Below, piece after piece: positions 24,023-36,675 of a stretch of 64,000 nucleotides of DNA. The translations under genes and the position numbers were made by a program. The stretch comes from Octopus vulgaris (Eukaryota), in assembly GCA_951406725.2 (NCBI GenBank), contig OX597821.1:38564001-38628000 (forward strand). Reading direction: 5' to 3'. The notes under the pieces are model-generated. The model had not been told where the DNA came from and ran no database searches. It saw only the letters and a program-made list of their open reading frames with translations. Every line of letters starts with the position of its first letter. Position 1 is the first letter of the stretch.

Positions 24023-25422
24023 TTGATCAAAGGACCCTGGAATTAAAGGCAGAAACACAGATATTTGGAATTCTTGGAAACTTCCTTATTTCTCTGAGGC
24101 AGCGAAAACTGAGGAACCAACAAGTAAGTAAGAAATGTTCTTCAGTTTTGAATTTAGCTTTAGTTATAAATGCACAAATCTTGAAATATTTTTCATCATT
24201 AAGTCGAAACTTTTCTCTTTCTTTCTTCTGTCTATATTCTTCGTCATTTTGTACAATTCCAATTCATCAAACATTTGAAATTATTATTTTAGGGAGTGTA
24301 CTTCTCCTTCAAGACATTTTCCCTCAACTTTGGACTCGATTCTAATTGAAGTTGCAGATCAAATATCTGGATAATTTTTGCTGTTTAACAATTACTATCC
24401 TTTTTTCTGTTGCATTCCATGTCAATTTTAGTCTAATTTCAGTTTTGGCAGAGTTTCGGGTCAGAAATCTCTGTTTTCACAGTGATTTTTTGAATTTCTT
24501 TTTCACCAGGGTTTAACTTTTTCGCACCTCCCTCTTTTCTCCTCTTTACCTATTTCGGCCTTTTTATTATTTTTTCCCCCTTTAGTGAGCACTTAAAAAC
24601 GATGGGAAAAGCCTTTAAGGTTAAAAAAAAAAAAATGAAATTTTCACAAGAATAGGTGTGTGATATAAAGGAGTACCGAAAAAGCTTCTCTCATAGTTTT
24701 CAAGTGTGGGGGGTGCGTGGGACTGATGTGAAAATAAAAATCATAAATTTTTGGAAAAAATATTTTCATAAAATGTCCCCCATGACCACCACATCAGCTG
24801 GAAGGCCCGAGTGAAAAATAAAATTAGAAAAATCCCTGTCAAAACGGAGAAAAAAAAGCACAAAGTGGTGGCATGCTTATTCTCAGTGTCCTCACACACA
24901 CATGTATATGTAATTAAAAACAGTTCAAATGGGGAATTATTCCATTCAATGTCTTTCTGTTAGAAACATTTAGAGCTTTTAGCTGCTGTTTTTAGCATAA
25001 TGAGTTTCCTGCTGACAGCTTCGTTGCCTGCGGCTTCAGTGGAAATCTACGGATGCACAAACGCACAAAAGGGAGAAAATGAAACAAATACAGACGACTT
25101 GTTCCGAAACCCTCCCGACTGGGAACTGTGTTCAAAATAACTCCCAATTGTTTTTCCTCCCTAATTCGTATGTTCTCGGAATCTACATAGTCCGAAGTAT
25201 ATTTGTAAAAAAAAATTCAATAAAAAACATATATTTTCTTGAAAGTTAACACGAATTGAAGTGGACACCGGTGAATCTTTCGAAATTCCCCGCCCCCTCT
25301 AAAACACTTCCTCCGTTTTGTGTATTCGGAATCTACATGATATAACACATATTCGTAGACAATTTCATTAAAAAAATATCCATTTTTCTGAAAGTTATAA
25401 TCATCGAAAGTCAGTGGAGGCA
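24023..25422 (+). mobile_element. Right 1.4-kb inverted arm of the Merlin-like complex
   Basis: Reverse complement of 18050-19463. Contains sub-terminal repeats TCGGAATCTACAT...AAAAATAT(C)CATTTT. Confidence 0.92.
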
Positions 25423-25485
25423 TGCCTCACCAAAATATTACCATGCTCCACCAATGGGGCATGCACTCCGTGTTGGGGATCACGG

Positions 25486-25530
<45 letters not shown>

Positions 25531-25562
25531 AAATCAAAATAAGCAACAAGAATGACTCCGGC

Positions 25563-25653
25563 AATTTGGTACGATCGTTTCGTACTACATCATTTTATTA
25601 AATGTTGTAAGTATTACAACAGATTTAAGATGCTGAGTACTCATCAGCCAATT
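25563..25653 (-). ncRNA. Type I minimal hammerhead ribozyme with intact catalytic core
   Basis: Minus strand: AATTGG-CTGATGA-GTACT[long hairpin]AGTAC-GAAA-CGATCG-TA^CCAAATT. Core CUGAUGA and GAAA, G10.1-C11.1 pair, GUA cleavage triplet, stem I UUGG/CCAA, palindromic stem III ACGAUCGU. Confidence 0.85.
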
Positions 25654-25729
25654 ATAGAGGTTTTCCATTAATACAAAAATTTTCAAATCAAGTGGCAACA
25701 TTATAGAGAAAGTAGATATATAGACAAAG

Positions 25730-25776
<47 letters not shown>

Positions 25777-26121
25777 CATACATACATACATACATACATA
25801 CATAGACAGATAGATTTGGTGTATATATAAATATTATATAAAATTGAAATGTAAATAAAACAAATCTGCTGAATGAAATTAAATTCTTTTCATTCAGTGT
25901 AAATTAATGGAGTGCAACTGGTTACCATCTGAATAGTGTATGTAGAGTGGAATGGTGGATGTCATCACTCTCTTTGCAGGGCAAGTCATATCAAGAGAGT
26001 TAATTCCACTCTGAGCCATACTCACAGAAAATATTGAATTCAGTACTAGAAATCAAGAAAGTGATCACTTGTTCAACACTGTTTCATTGGTGAACTATTC
26101 CACCCCATGATAAATATTTAA

Positions 26122-26341
26122 CCCTTTCGTTACTGTATTTATTTTGAGATGATCTGTGTTTCTTTCAATTACTTTAAATATAACAAAGAATTTAGTAAAA
26201 TAACTTGGTTATGATTAAGCTAGTGCTAGGAACATAAATTGTGACAAAGGTTTGATGGGAGATTTTAATTAAAAACTTATGGAAACAAGACATTTGTACT
26301 CAGAGCCAGAGTCGGTTTCAGACGGGTTGATAACGAAAGGG
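26122..26341. mobile_element. piggyBac-type MITE, same family as 14316-14536
   Basis: TTAA TSDs, TIR CCCTTTCGTTA...TAACGAAAGGG, near-identical body. Confidence 0.92.
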
Positions 26342-26844
26342 TTAAAGGCCATTAGTAATTGAATGTTTTGTTCATCTTGGTCTAAGTAGTGTGCTGGTGA
26401 TATAATAATTTATAACATACAAGCTGCTACTGTCATACTCTCTACTCAAGTCATCCATAGCCGTACAGTGATCCATATATGAAATATTTTAACTTTATGA
26501 CAACTTAAATACATAAATTTAAATTGTATTGTTAAAATTTTAACAATTTGACATTAAGCTATAAATTAATTAATTTATGATATCATATATATAATTATTC
26601 ATTAAAACTAATTCAGTTGATATAATTAATAAATCTATTATGTTTATTAATTAACAAATGGATTTTATATTAGTTTGATGTTGAATTGCAGAGAGATTAA
26701 CTCAATATGAATGTACTTTGTATGAATACATGAAAGTACATAACAATGTCCAATTATATTTTATGTATTGCATTTATGTGTGTATATCATTTTGTCTGTA
26801 CTTTAATGGATATTGCTTACAAAGTGGAAAGGAAGTCCTGCTTA

Positions 26845-27242
26845 TCTCTCTATATATAAAGCTGAAGTTGTCTGTGTATGGCAGGTTTGGTAGCCTTCAA
26901 CTAACACTATCTACTCCAAGAGCATGCAGCACAAATTGACCAAAATTGAGAGTATGATAGAAGAAGGCTTGCTCTTCCTTCCGTAGAAGAAAAAATTCAA
27001 ATCAGACCATGTTAACACCAAAAATTATTTACATCAAAAAGGTGCTTTTTTTCTCTGAAAATCCCTAATTTTTGCGATTTTTTTAACTGCTGTGTCACCA
27101 TTTTTCGGTGTATTTCAACCCCCCCCAAAAAATGTTCACTTGAAGAGAATAACAAGCTACATAATGCAAAATTTTTACTTTTCAAAAATTCCAATTCTAA
27201 AGGGTTGAAACAAACCCGAGCAACTCCGGGCGATACTGCTAG
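26845..27242 (+). mobile_element. Non-autonomous Helitron
   Basis: A|TC 5' end (TCTCTCTATATATAAAGCTGAAGTTG), sub-terminal hairpin CCCG..CGGG, CTAG|T 3' end. Confidence 0.85.
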
Positions 27243-27603
27243 TTTCAAATATAAATGTTAACATTGTGTATAAATTCTCTCATTCTCTTTTGTCTTGTGT
27301 CATCTCTCTTTTTATTGACTGTGGACCAGCCATGCTCTCTTTATCTCTATCTCTTTCCATACATACATACGCACTACCAAAAATAACACACCTAATGGGA
27401 AAGTGCCGGCTACAAGCTATAAAAAGTATGTGAAACTTTTGTGAATTTCTGCAAGCAATAAGATCCCTAAATGCAATGACATTCATGCCTATACCCATCT
27501 GTATATGTACACATACAAATATACTTGCATCCATATTCATTATTAGTATTGGAAGAACTATTGGTTCAAATTAGTAATCTGTGTATCATACTTAAAGGAT
27601 ATA

Positions 27604-27737
27604 TACTGTTGAAAACCTTCTAAACTGCAGCATTTGTCTCAAGAAAGCGTCTCTTCTGTGTTTTTTTTTAACACCATACATCTATAAGAGATGCTTTCTT
27701 TAGATGAAATCCACAGTTTAGAAGGCATTCAACAGTA
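27604..27737. mobile_element. Small hairpin MITE, TA-flanked, with ~50-bp arms
   Basis: TACTGTTGAAAACCTTCTAAACTG...AAGAAAGCGTCTCTT is an imperfect reverse complement of AAGAGATGCTTTCTT...CAGTTTAGAAGGCATTCAACAGTA. Confidence 0.75.
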
Positions 27738-27834
27738 ATGCTTCAAGTACGCATACATACGCACATGCATATGTACATGCATACATTTGTGCACACATAA
27801 ACATATGCATTGACAACTAATGTAGGCTGTACAA

Positions 27835-28340
27835 ATCCAAGACTGGAAACATCAAACACATTATTGCCAGCTGCAAGAGAATGTTTTCCAGATATCATTT
27901 TCCAATGAGGTATCTTGTGGTGGCCAGAACAATCTGGAACAAGTGAACCAAAAAGAATGTGGAAGGTTCACTATATTGAGACTAATGTGTCATAAGAATA
28001 TTGGTGGAGCTTATAAATTAAAACAGTCACCAAGTTAAAACACAACCAGCTAGATTTTGTGGTGTGGGACCACAAGCAAAAGATATGTTCTGCAGTGGAA
28101 ATCAGCTGCCCTCTGGACACCAATGTGGTTAGAAAACTGCAACAGAAAGAGAACATCTATGGATCATTGAAAAGGAGTTTGCAAATCCAGTATCCAAAAT
28201 ACACTTTCAGTTTGATACCTATTATTGTACAAAGGCATCTGGAGCAAAATATAGCTGAACTTGGGTTCTTGAGGAGAGAATGTAAATCCTTTATTCATTA
28301 CACTACAAATGATCATGATAACTGGGACTATAAAAATCTG
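27835..28340 (+). mobile_element. R4/Dong-like non-LTR retrotransposon 3' remnant (restriction-like endonuclease), older copy
   Basis: IKHIIASC...VVART...KHNQLDFVVWD....C..VEISCPLDTNV...KENIY...FSLIPIIV. Confidence 0.75.
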
Positions 28341-28454
28341 CAAGACCTTCTTAAGATTTAAAGGAAGATGAACAAAACAAGATGCTTTCCTTCACAATCT
28401 TACTACCAAGTAGGTGACTGAGCAAAATTAACTGTAAATTAAAAAGTGTAAGAG

Positions 28455-28822
28455 AACACATGATCGTTGCCCCCTCATTATTGAGTATGGCCATTACACG
28501 AGGCTTAACTGTTATCGGTGCTGTGATCGAATATGACTTTTTAGCCCAGCTAAAGATCTACAATGTCTTGTACGGAATTGGCAGCTAAAACCTTTACCGC
28601 CAATAGCCAGCTGTAGTTGTAACTGGGCTTCATGTACCTTTGCATGTCGTTTGAGTCCTCCTGCTGAATTACACTCCCTTCTACATACCTGACAGATATG
28701 ATTATTATGGTGTGTAGCACCACCACCAATGGCCTGGTTGTCAATCATCTGTCTTGCTTTATGATTACGAAGATGACTCAAGTCCAGCTTTACTGAGGCA
28801 AGGTCTTGCACAGACACTGCAG
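28455..28822 (-). mobile_element. RTE-type LINE 3' end with C-terminal C2H2-like zinc fingers
   Basis: HICQVCRRECNSAGGLKRHAKVH and FSCQFRTRHCRSLAGLKSHIRSQH fit the C..C.R.C.S..GL..H.R motif ending RTE ORFs; followed by a short 3' UTR. Confidence 0.7.
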
Positions 28823-28939
28823 GTCAACATCAAAGTAAGACCCTTACCATAGGTTTACACATACATACATACATACATAGATACATACATACATAAATAC
28901 ATACATACATACATACATACAAGCATGCATGCATGCCTT

Positions 28940-29800
28940 AAATACATGACTCTACCACAACGTATCACGAGATGAAAACAAGCCTATATGAGCAGAAGAC
29001 CAAGCATGGATATGTTAGTGGAAAGCTCCAAGACGATAGTAACATTGTTCATCAAAGCAGTCTATCATGGACCAACAACCAGATTACTACCTCCCACTTT
29101 GAAGGGTATGCATTTGCAATCTTGGAACAGGAAATATCAACCAAATACCTGATGCACAAACGGGATAGAGATGCAGGAAAAGCAGTAAAATGTGATAGCC
29201 TACGCTGACTTTGTGGAGATCACACTGAAGATATCACCCACATCATAAGCAGTTATCTGAAAATGTCATCACAGTATTATCTACCAATGAAGCATAATGT
29301 TGTAGCTAGGGCACTATATAATGAAATCTGTCAGAAGGATAACCCTGAGGACAAAGAAATAAGAACCCACAGTATGGTAGAAGCCATAATCACTCATAAT
29401 ATAAAGGAGTCCTGGTGGAATGTCCCAGTGAAAATCTCAATAAAATGTAAACGTAATAGACCTGATATAATGATTTAGGATAGAGAAGAGAAACTGTGCG
29501 CAGTTGTGGAAATCAGCTGTCCAGCGCCTGTTAACATAAAGCTGAAGGTCAATGAAAAAGAGAACACCTATGCTGAACTATTGAGAAATATGCGGTTACT
29601 CTATCCTGATTACAAGTTCAGGTTTATACCTGTAATTATTGGAGCCCTGGGATACGCAACACACTGCCTACATACCAATCTTGAGAAATTAGGCTTCTCA
29701 AAACCAGAAAGGAGAAAGCTAATTTGAAGACTACAGATCCAATCCATCACTGGAACTGTAAAAATCTGTAAACCTTTCCAGAAGTTTATCATTTAAGTAT
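28940..29800 (+). mobile_element. R4/Dong-like non-LTR retrotransposon 3' fragment: CCHC knuckle and PD..D/E endonuclease, with stops
   Basis: EGYAFAILEQEISTKY...LCG...EDITHIIS...KHNVVA...NRPDIMI*D....C.VVEISCP...KENTY...FIPVIIGALG. Preceded by (TACA)n at 28856-28921. Confidence 0.88.
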
Positions 29801-30099
29801 ATATGAGCATGTCTAGATATGCAAATATATGCATGGAAGACATACATAAAACAAAACATACTAATCTGCATCTATACATACATACTTAAAAAGTACCCTG
29901 TTGATGTTGTTGAAATTCCAGTGAAGGAGCCTTGGATCTAGGTTAGAAACCAGCTCTTTCTCTATTGGCAAGAAACATTGAAATAAAACTGAATAATGAC
30001 ATAAATACATTTATACACAAACATACATAGAAATAAATACATGTATGCATACATATTCACACATACATACACATGCATACACACACACACACACGTATA

Positions 30100-30240
30100 T
30101 ATGATGGGCTTCTTACAGTTTTCGTCAACCAAATCCACTTGCAAGGCATTGACTGGCCTGGGACTATAGTAGAACCCACTTGTCCAAGATGCCATTTGAA
30201 CCTGAAACCACTTGGCTTTTAACCATGAAGCCATGTCTCT
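30100..30240 (-). mobile_element. SINE family B fragment
   Basis: GGGCTTCTTACAGTTTTCGTCAACCAAATCCACTTGCAAGGC...CTATAGTAGAACCCACTTGTCCAAG. Confidence 0.7.
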
Positions 30241-30915
30241 ACGATGCAGGATCTCAATGTAATTCACTGTGGAATAGTGTATCTCAGTGTAAAATTGACA
30301 GGGTCAGTGTTGAAGTTCACTAGAGTACAACAACATAGCATTGATTCAGTAAAGCTGACAGAACAGAAAATGAAAGAGAGAGAGGCAGGGAGGGAGAAAG
30401 ATAGATAGATAGAGAGAGAGAGAGATTGGTACATAAATAGATAGATTGAGAAAGAGAGAGAGAATGGGGAGCAGCTCACACTTAAAATGTGTATTTTAAT
30501 GTCAGTGTCAGAGTTGTGGTTCATAAACTGCAACAACAATGTCCAGAATGAAACGACGGCTGTGTTTATTTCAGACATCTTAAATACCAATTGAGCAGAT
30601 TAATACAAATGTGGAGGTTCTCATTATCTAAATTAACTGTGTAGAAGCAATAAAATATCTCAAGACAAATGGGAGAGCTCTTGGAATGTTACGCGAAGGA
30701 TAGAATGGCAAGTAAATAATGAGAAGCTTGCTATATTGAGCAGAGATACTTCCCTAATGGGACTCTGAGGAATTGGTTCGATGATATAACACGGAGGAAG
30801 TAGCATTCTCTTTATCTCTGTGTGTCTCTCTCTACATCTGTATATGTGTCTCTAAGTTGTTTATGGGATTGAGTGTATCATTGTATATGCTTCTAGACTA
30901 ATCTTTATCTTGTGC

Positions 30916-30965
<50 letters not shown>

Positions 30966-31155
30966 GGTCTGTGGATTGCTCTATAAGTATTTTCAATTGT
31001 GTGTGTTCTTAACATTATCTCTCTCTCTCTCTCTCATTCCATCCCTGCAAAAGTGTGTATGAAAACTTGTTTATTTGTGTGTTTATGTGTGCTTATGTAT
31101 GTGTATGTGTATTCCATATGTATTGGTATATGTCTATATATGTTCTATTTTTGTA

Positions 31156-31190
<35 letters not shown>

Positions 31191-32959
31191 TTGTATTGGT
31201 TCCACTTATGTATGAATGTGTGTGTCTTTGCATGCTCCATTTATGCATGTATATATGTGTGTGTACAAGTATGTGTCTACATGTGTTCAATTCTTGTATG
31301 TATATCTGTGTGTGTTCCATTTGTGAATGTATACGTATGCCTATGTACATTCTATTTATGTATGTATTTGTGTGTTCCATTTATGTAGAACTACCTCTGC
31401 GAATGTAAGTATATGTATGTATGAGAGAGAATGTGCCTGTTTATTAATTTATGGCTGTCTATTTATATATTCAGCAGTGTATGACTATGTATGTATGTGT
31501 GCTTATGTGTGTGTGTGTGCATATATATATATCCACATATTTGTTAATTTGTGAATTTATAAATAACTGAGAGTGATTATGTATGAGTTCATAAACTTAT
31601 TTGTTACTGTATTCCACTATATGAAAGTATGACATGACATATATCTACGAAAGTATATCTTTGTAAACATATAAATGAGTATGCACATTCTTTTCTCTCA
31701 CTATGGACACTATATACACACATACAGGTCAGACAGCTTATTTATGGGCAATATGTGGGTGTTTATGAGCAATTTGAAACTGCTTATGGCACTGTATGTG
31801 TGCAATTATGTCTGTTAAGGAAATATTGACAAAGTAGTTTATATAAGGGTTTTGAAGGTTTATGCAGCAGGGAGAAGAAAAAGAGAGGTCTGTATGTATG
31901 TATGTATGTAGGAAGGTAAGTAGGTAGGTATATGATAGTTGATGGTACCCTGCTGGTTTATTCAGGGGAAACAACTGATGTAATCATGACTGGAAGAGAG
32001 GACTCAAAGAAGTAGTAATAGTATGTTAGTGGTTATAGTGTGGTGCTAAGTGAGGGTTTACTAAACAATGTGTGTGTGTGTGAAAAGGATTACCCTTTGC
32101 ATGGGAGCTTGCATAGTTAAAAACGATAATCAGAAGGTTGTTTATGTAGAGAAGGAAGATCTAAAAGGTATGGTGGCCACGTAACTTTTGCTCTCTGCTC
32201 ATAAACAACACAATTAACCCCTTCGAGATATCACAATCTCTGATCTTCTCTAACAGAAATTCCCCAAAATATATAACTTTACCAAAAAACTGCATCAGTA
32301 ATATTTTTCTAACTGGGTGCCACCATTGTTTGAACTATGTCGAGGGTATATTTTCCACATTGTACAAATGATGTAGGGTTTGTGATTTGTAGAGAAAAAT
32401 ACTTTATGTGTTTTGACGGCCCAAGTTTGTCAGATTATTTAATTCACAAGAACAGTTGTTGCGGATCCTCAATTCTCATAATGACTTGTTGAGTGTAGAA
32501 AGATCACAGATGGAAGTGAGGAAGTGATGCTGAGGATGAGGTGAGATACAACATTTGAATAGATCATTGATGATAATGCTGAGATATATTTGAAGAAATA
32601 TTCTAAAAATTCAGGAGCTCATCTTGCACGAAATGTCAACTTTATTGTTAATTTTGGCCTGAATTGTTGAAAGGCAGAGTATAAAGCTGATTTAGTTAAT
32701 CTTATTTACCAAAATTGTTGAGTTCTAATTTATCTTAGTTCAACATCATGTCATTGTGTAATAAGCCACAAGGTTACATCATAGAAACCAGATTGGAGTT
32801 TAGTTCCCATTATCATTGATATCCTTCTGGGTCTTTCAAACAGCTGCCAAAGAATTATTTCAAAGCACTGAATCATGTTTGCAATATAATTAATTTTGAT
32901 AGGAAAAAAAAATAGAGGTAAAAATGACATCTCAGGAGTAATGTTTGTACAAAGGTATA

Positions 32960-33844
32960 TGTGGTCTGATCAATAAGTCTCCAGACTGTTGCTATGATAA
33001 CGAAGCTAAAGCATGGAGAATGAAGCCACTTGGCACAGATTGATGTTGAACTCTGCTGTGCATGTGCTTAATGTTCTAGCTCACTTCTGCTGTTTACAGC
33101 AATGCTTGGAAGGAAGGTGTGTAATGTATGATCATTGCATTGACCATGACAGAGAAAGTTGAGCAGAGAATCTGCATCAAATTTTGCCAAAAGCTTGGCA
33201 CTACCTGCTCAGAGACCTACACAAAGTTTTCAAAAAGTTTTCATTCTCAACACAATCAAGGAGATCTTGTGCAACTGAAACTTGAGTGCCCTTTTTGGTC
33301 AGCTGAAAGCAGTTTTGGCACAAACTTGGCACACACACACACATCTCATACACAAATCTTCAGTGATAGTGGACTGAACTGAACCGTAACTAATCTCCAC
33401 ATCCTTTGACAACTCACGGATGCTGATTCAATGATTTCCCTCACAACTGCATACACATCTGCAATGTTTTTCTCAGTTCTGCTGGTTGCAGGTCTCCTAG
33501 ACATTCATCACTATCAATATTTTCCCAGCATCTTGGAAACGTCTGAACCACTCATTCACTTGTGTGCAGCTCATACACTCTTCTCCATACACTTTCCACA
33601 ACTTGCATAGGCCTCTGAGCAGGTATCGCCATGACAACAGTCTTTGTCATGGTTAATGCAATGATCACACACTACACATCTTCCTTTGAAGCACTGCTGT
33701 AAACAGCAGAAGTAAGCTAGAACATTAAAACTTAGTATGCATGCATAACAGAGTTGAAGGTCAATCTATGCCAAGCAACTTCAAACTGCATGCTTTAGCT
33801 TCGTTACTATAGCAACAGTCCGGATACTTCTTGATCAGACCTCG
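32960..33844. mobile_element. Mariner-type fold-back deletion derivative with TA TSD
   Basis: TA|TGTGGTCTGATCAA...TTGATCAGACCTCG|TA with about 190-bp inverted arms. Plus strand encodes EQRICIKFCQKLG; minus strand 33240-33630 encodes VYGEECMS..QVNEWFRRF...SIRELS...AKFVPKLLS.DQK. Confidence 0.88.
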
Positions 33845-34151
33845 TATATACAAATATGAACACATATTTGCACCATTATATCAATAAATGTTTAAATATC
33901 GATCTAGCCATTTGATTCCAATCCAGTTTATGGCAATTTTTTAAAACCCTTTTGATACCAACTTGCTCGAGACTACACATTGGTTTTGATACAAACTTCT
34001 TGATTTAAATTGACTGAAATCAAAACCTTCGATCAAAACTTCATGCTGAAATTATGTTCCAAACACAAGCTTATTAATGACAAATTGTTGTAACAGATTC
34101 TTAATTATTTTCAAAATTTATTGAAGCTAAGGCAATATATACATATATGTA

Positions 34152-34375
34152 AGGTGGCAAGCTGGCAGAATCGTTAGCACGAAATGCTTAGTGGTATTTT
34201 GTCTGCTGCTACATTTTGAGTTCAAATTCTACCGAGGTCGACTTTGCCTTTCATCCCTTTGGGATTGATTAAACAAGTACCAGTTACGCACTGGGGTCAA
34301 TGTAATCGACTTAATCCCTTTGTCTGTTCTTGTTTGTTCCCTCTATGTTTAGCACCTTGTGGGCAATAAAGAAAT
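34152..34375 (+). mobile_element. SINE family D
   Basis: AGGTGGCAAGCTGGCAGAATCG...GAGTTCAAATTC...GCCTTTCATCC...GGGCAATAAAGAAATA. Confidence 0.88.
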
Positions 34376-35694
34376 ATATATATATGTATGTATTTGTGTG
34401 TACATTCGTTTTTCTAACAGTTTTATTCTGAAGAAGACAGTCACCATGAACTCTGCAGAAACTGTGTACTGGCTTGGTTAATACAATGGTTGTTCCCCAA
34501 GTATTTCTGTAAATTCCTTCCTGTGAGAAATTACTTTCAGAGAAGATATTGCGGAGATCTGTAACTCTGGAGATAATGGTTTTGCCAAGTGTTGATCCAA
34601 AAGCAAGGCACCTCGTCTTTGAAATGTAACCTTAGCTATGTCATAGATTGTTACAGAATGTTTGGTTTAGCATTTGTAAGTCTGAGAAGATTTTGGTAGT
34701 GAATTGCTTATGAAAGATTGTAATGTGTCTGGGTTAATATGTCAGAATGACTGTTTACTGGATTAGGTTGAAAGATATTTAGGATGCCACATCTGCATTG
34801 AAGAAGCCTTTCAAGGTGTTTGCTAAAAGAAGTTGACTCTTTTTAACATGAGATATCAAGATCACATCTTGATAATACCTATGAAGATTAACATGATTAA
34901 ATTGACAGTATTATCTGCTTAGGAATGTGCTGCATTTACAGACAGCAGGGAATATGTCACATTCCAACTTTAATGCTATGGGAAGTAGAGACATTAATTC
35001 CTATACATGTAAAGATAGAAGAGCCAAACAAGAGTCTTATAATCCCAGATATGGTAGATAACCAGACCCTTAACCTTTTAACATATAAACTAGCCGTATC
35101 CACCCCAAATATTCTACTTGTTTCATATTTAGACTGGCCAAATCTTTCCTCTCACACTTACCTAACAATGTCATTCTAAAAATAAACAGTCACAGCATTG
35201 AAATATTGTAGCCAAGTGATAAGGTATGATTAATTGAAAACAACATGAATAGGTATCACATTTCACAGCATAATCCGTTTGGTAAAGGATTAAGGTAAAA
35301 GATTCTCATAAAAGACAGACTAAGGGTAAGAACATTGATGTTTTGGCAGTGAAGCTATAGAATGGAGAGATGATGCTCTTTTAAAGGACTGATCACATTG
35401 TGATGGGTATCCAGGGATTTAGGTAAATAATTGCATTCATAAGGGTTAACTGGTCTGTGGGGTTGTTTTAAATATTGGTGATATGAATGGGGGATTAGCA
35501 TCATAAATTCTATCATAATCATAACTGGAGAAGGTGGGGCTTCTACAAAGATCAGCTTTCACAACAACAGATAATAGAAACAATAAGAGTCGAACTTATT
35601 TGAAGAAACATCATTAGCACATACACATACACATACATTCAAATACATACACACCTCACACCATATACCACACCACATAGACACACAAATACAC

Positions 35695-35696
35695 AA

Positions 35697-35728
<32 letters not shown>

Positions 35729-35735
35729 ACCGACG

Positions 35736-35800
<65 letters not shown>
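35695..35800. repeat. (CA)n microsatellite
   Basis: Direct reading; another long (CA)n at 41056-41123. Confidence 0.95.
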
Positions 35801-35803
<3 letters not shown>

Positions 35804-36175
35804 TGTCTAGAAGAAACGAATTTGTATTCAATTTTTGCTGTGTGTATTATTTCAGCCATTTCTGCACGTCCATCTTTTCAAATATATTTAGTAATATAAT
35901 ATTTCTATCTAATATTAACAATATGGAATACTATGGTAAGTAATATAGCAGTAAATTTATTATTACTCATGTACACATATATAAAAGTATACGTACGTTA
36001 TACAGAGACACATACATATGTAAATATATACACACACACACACACACACTTACATTTGAGTATGTTTGTGTGAGATTGATTTTTATCTCTAGACACACAT
36101 GCACATAGAATCACATACACATTCCAACATTTTTGTATGTACTTTTATATATATATATATTTTATATATATATAC

Positions 36176-36219
<44 letters not shown>

Positions 36220-36296
36220 CATATTTTGTCTATGTCATAAAACAAATTATATATATATATGCATACATATGTACATATACGCACACACACACATAT

Positions 36297-36344
<48 letters not shown>

Positions 36345-36639
36345 GAGCTGACAAATGTGTATATTTGGTGTATAATAAATAAAGATTTACGATAAAATAG
36401 TATACTTATAACTGTAGAAAGTATGTAAGTGTGCTTGTGTGGGTGTGTGTGTAAACATATATAAATATATTCACAAACACTGTGTACATGTATTTATACG
36501 CACATATGTCCGCAGTCTTAAAGGTAAAATATTTATTATAGTACCATTAAAACACCATGGTACTCACACACACACACACACACACACATATATACATGCA
36601 AACACACACATATATACATATAGATACATACATACATAA

Positions 36640-36675
<36 letters not shown>

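Noticed and set aside
28512-28817. Host C2H2 zinc-finger gene exon
   Set aside because: The finger pattern and terminal position match RTE LINE C-termini; no TGEKP linkers.
34427-34475. Further hammerhead-like fragments (CTGAAGA...GAAACTGTGTA); similar at 36895-37050, 39580-39620 and 48970-48995
   Set aside because: Stems I and II do not pair or a core box is missing; at best decayed Penelope remnants.
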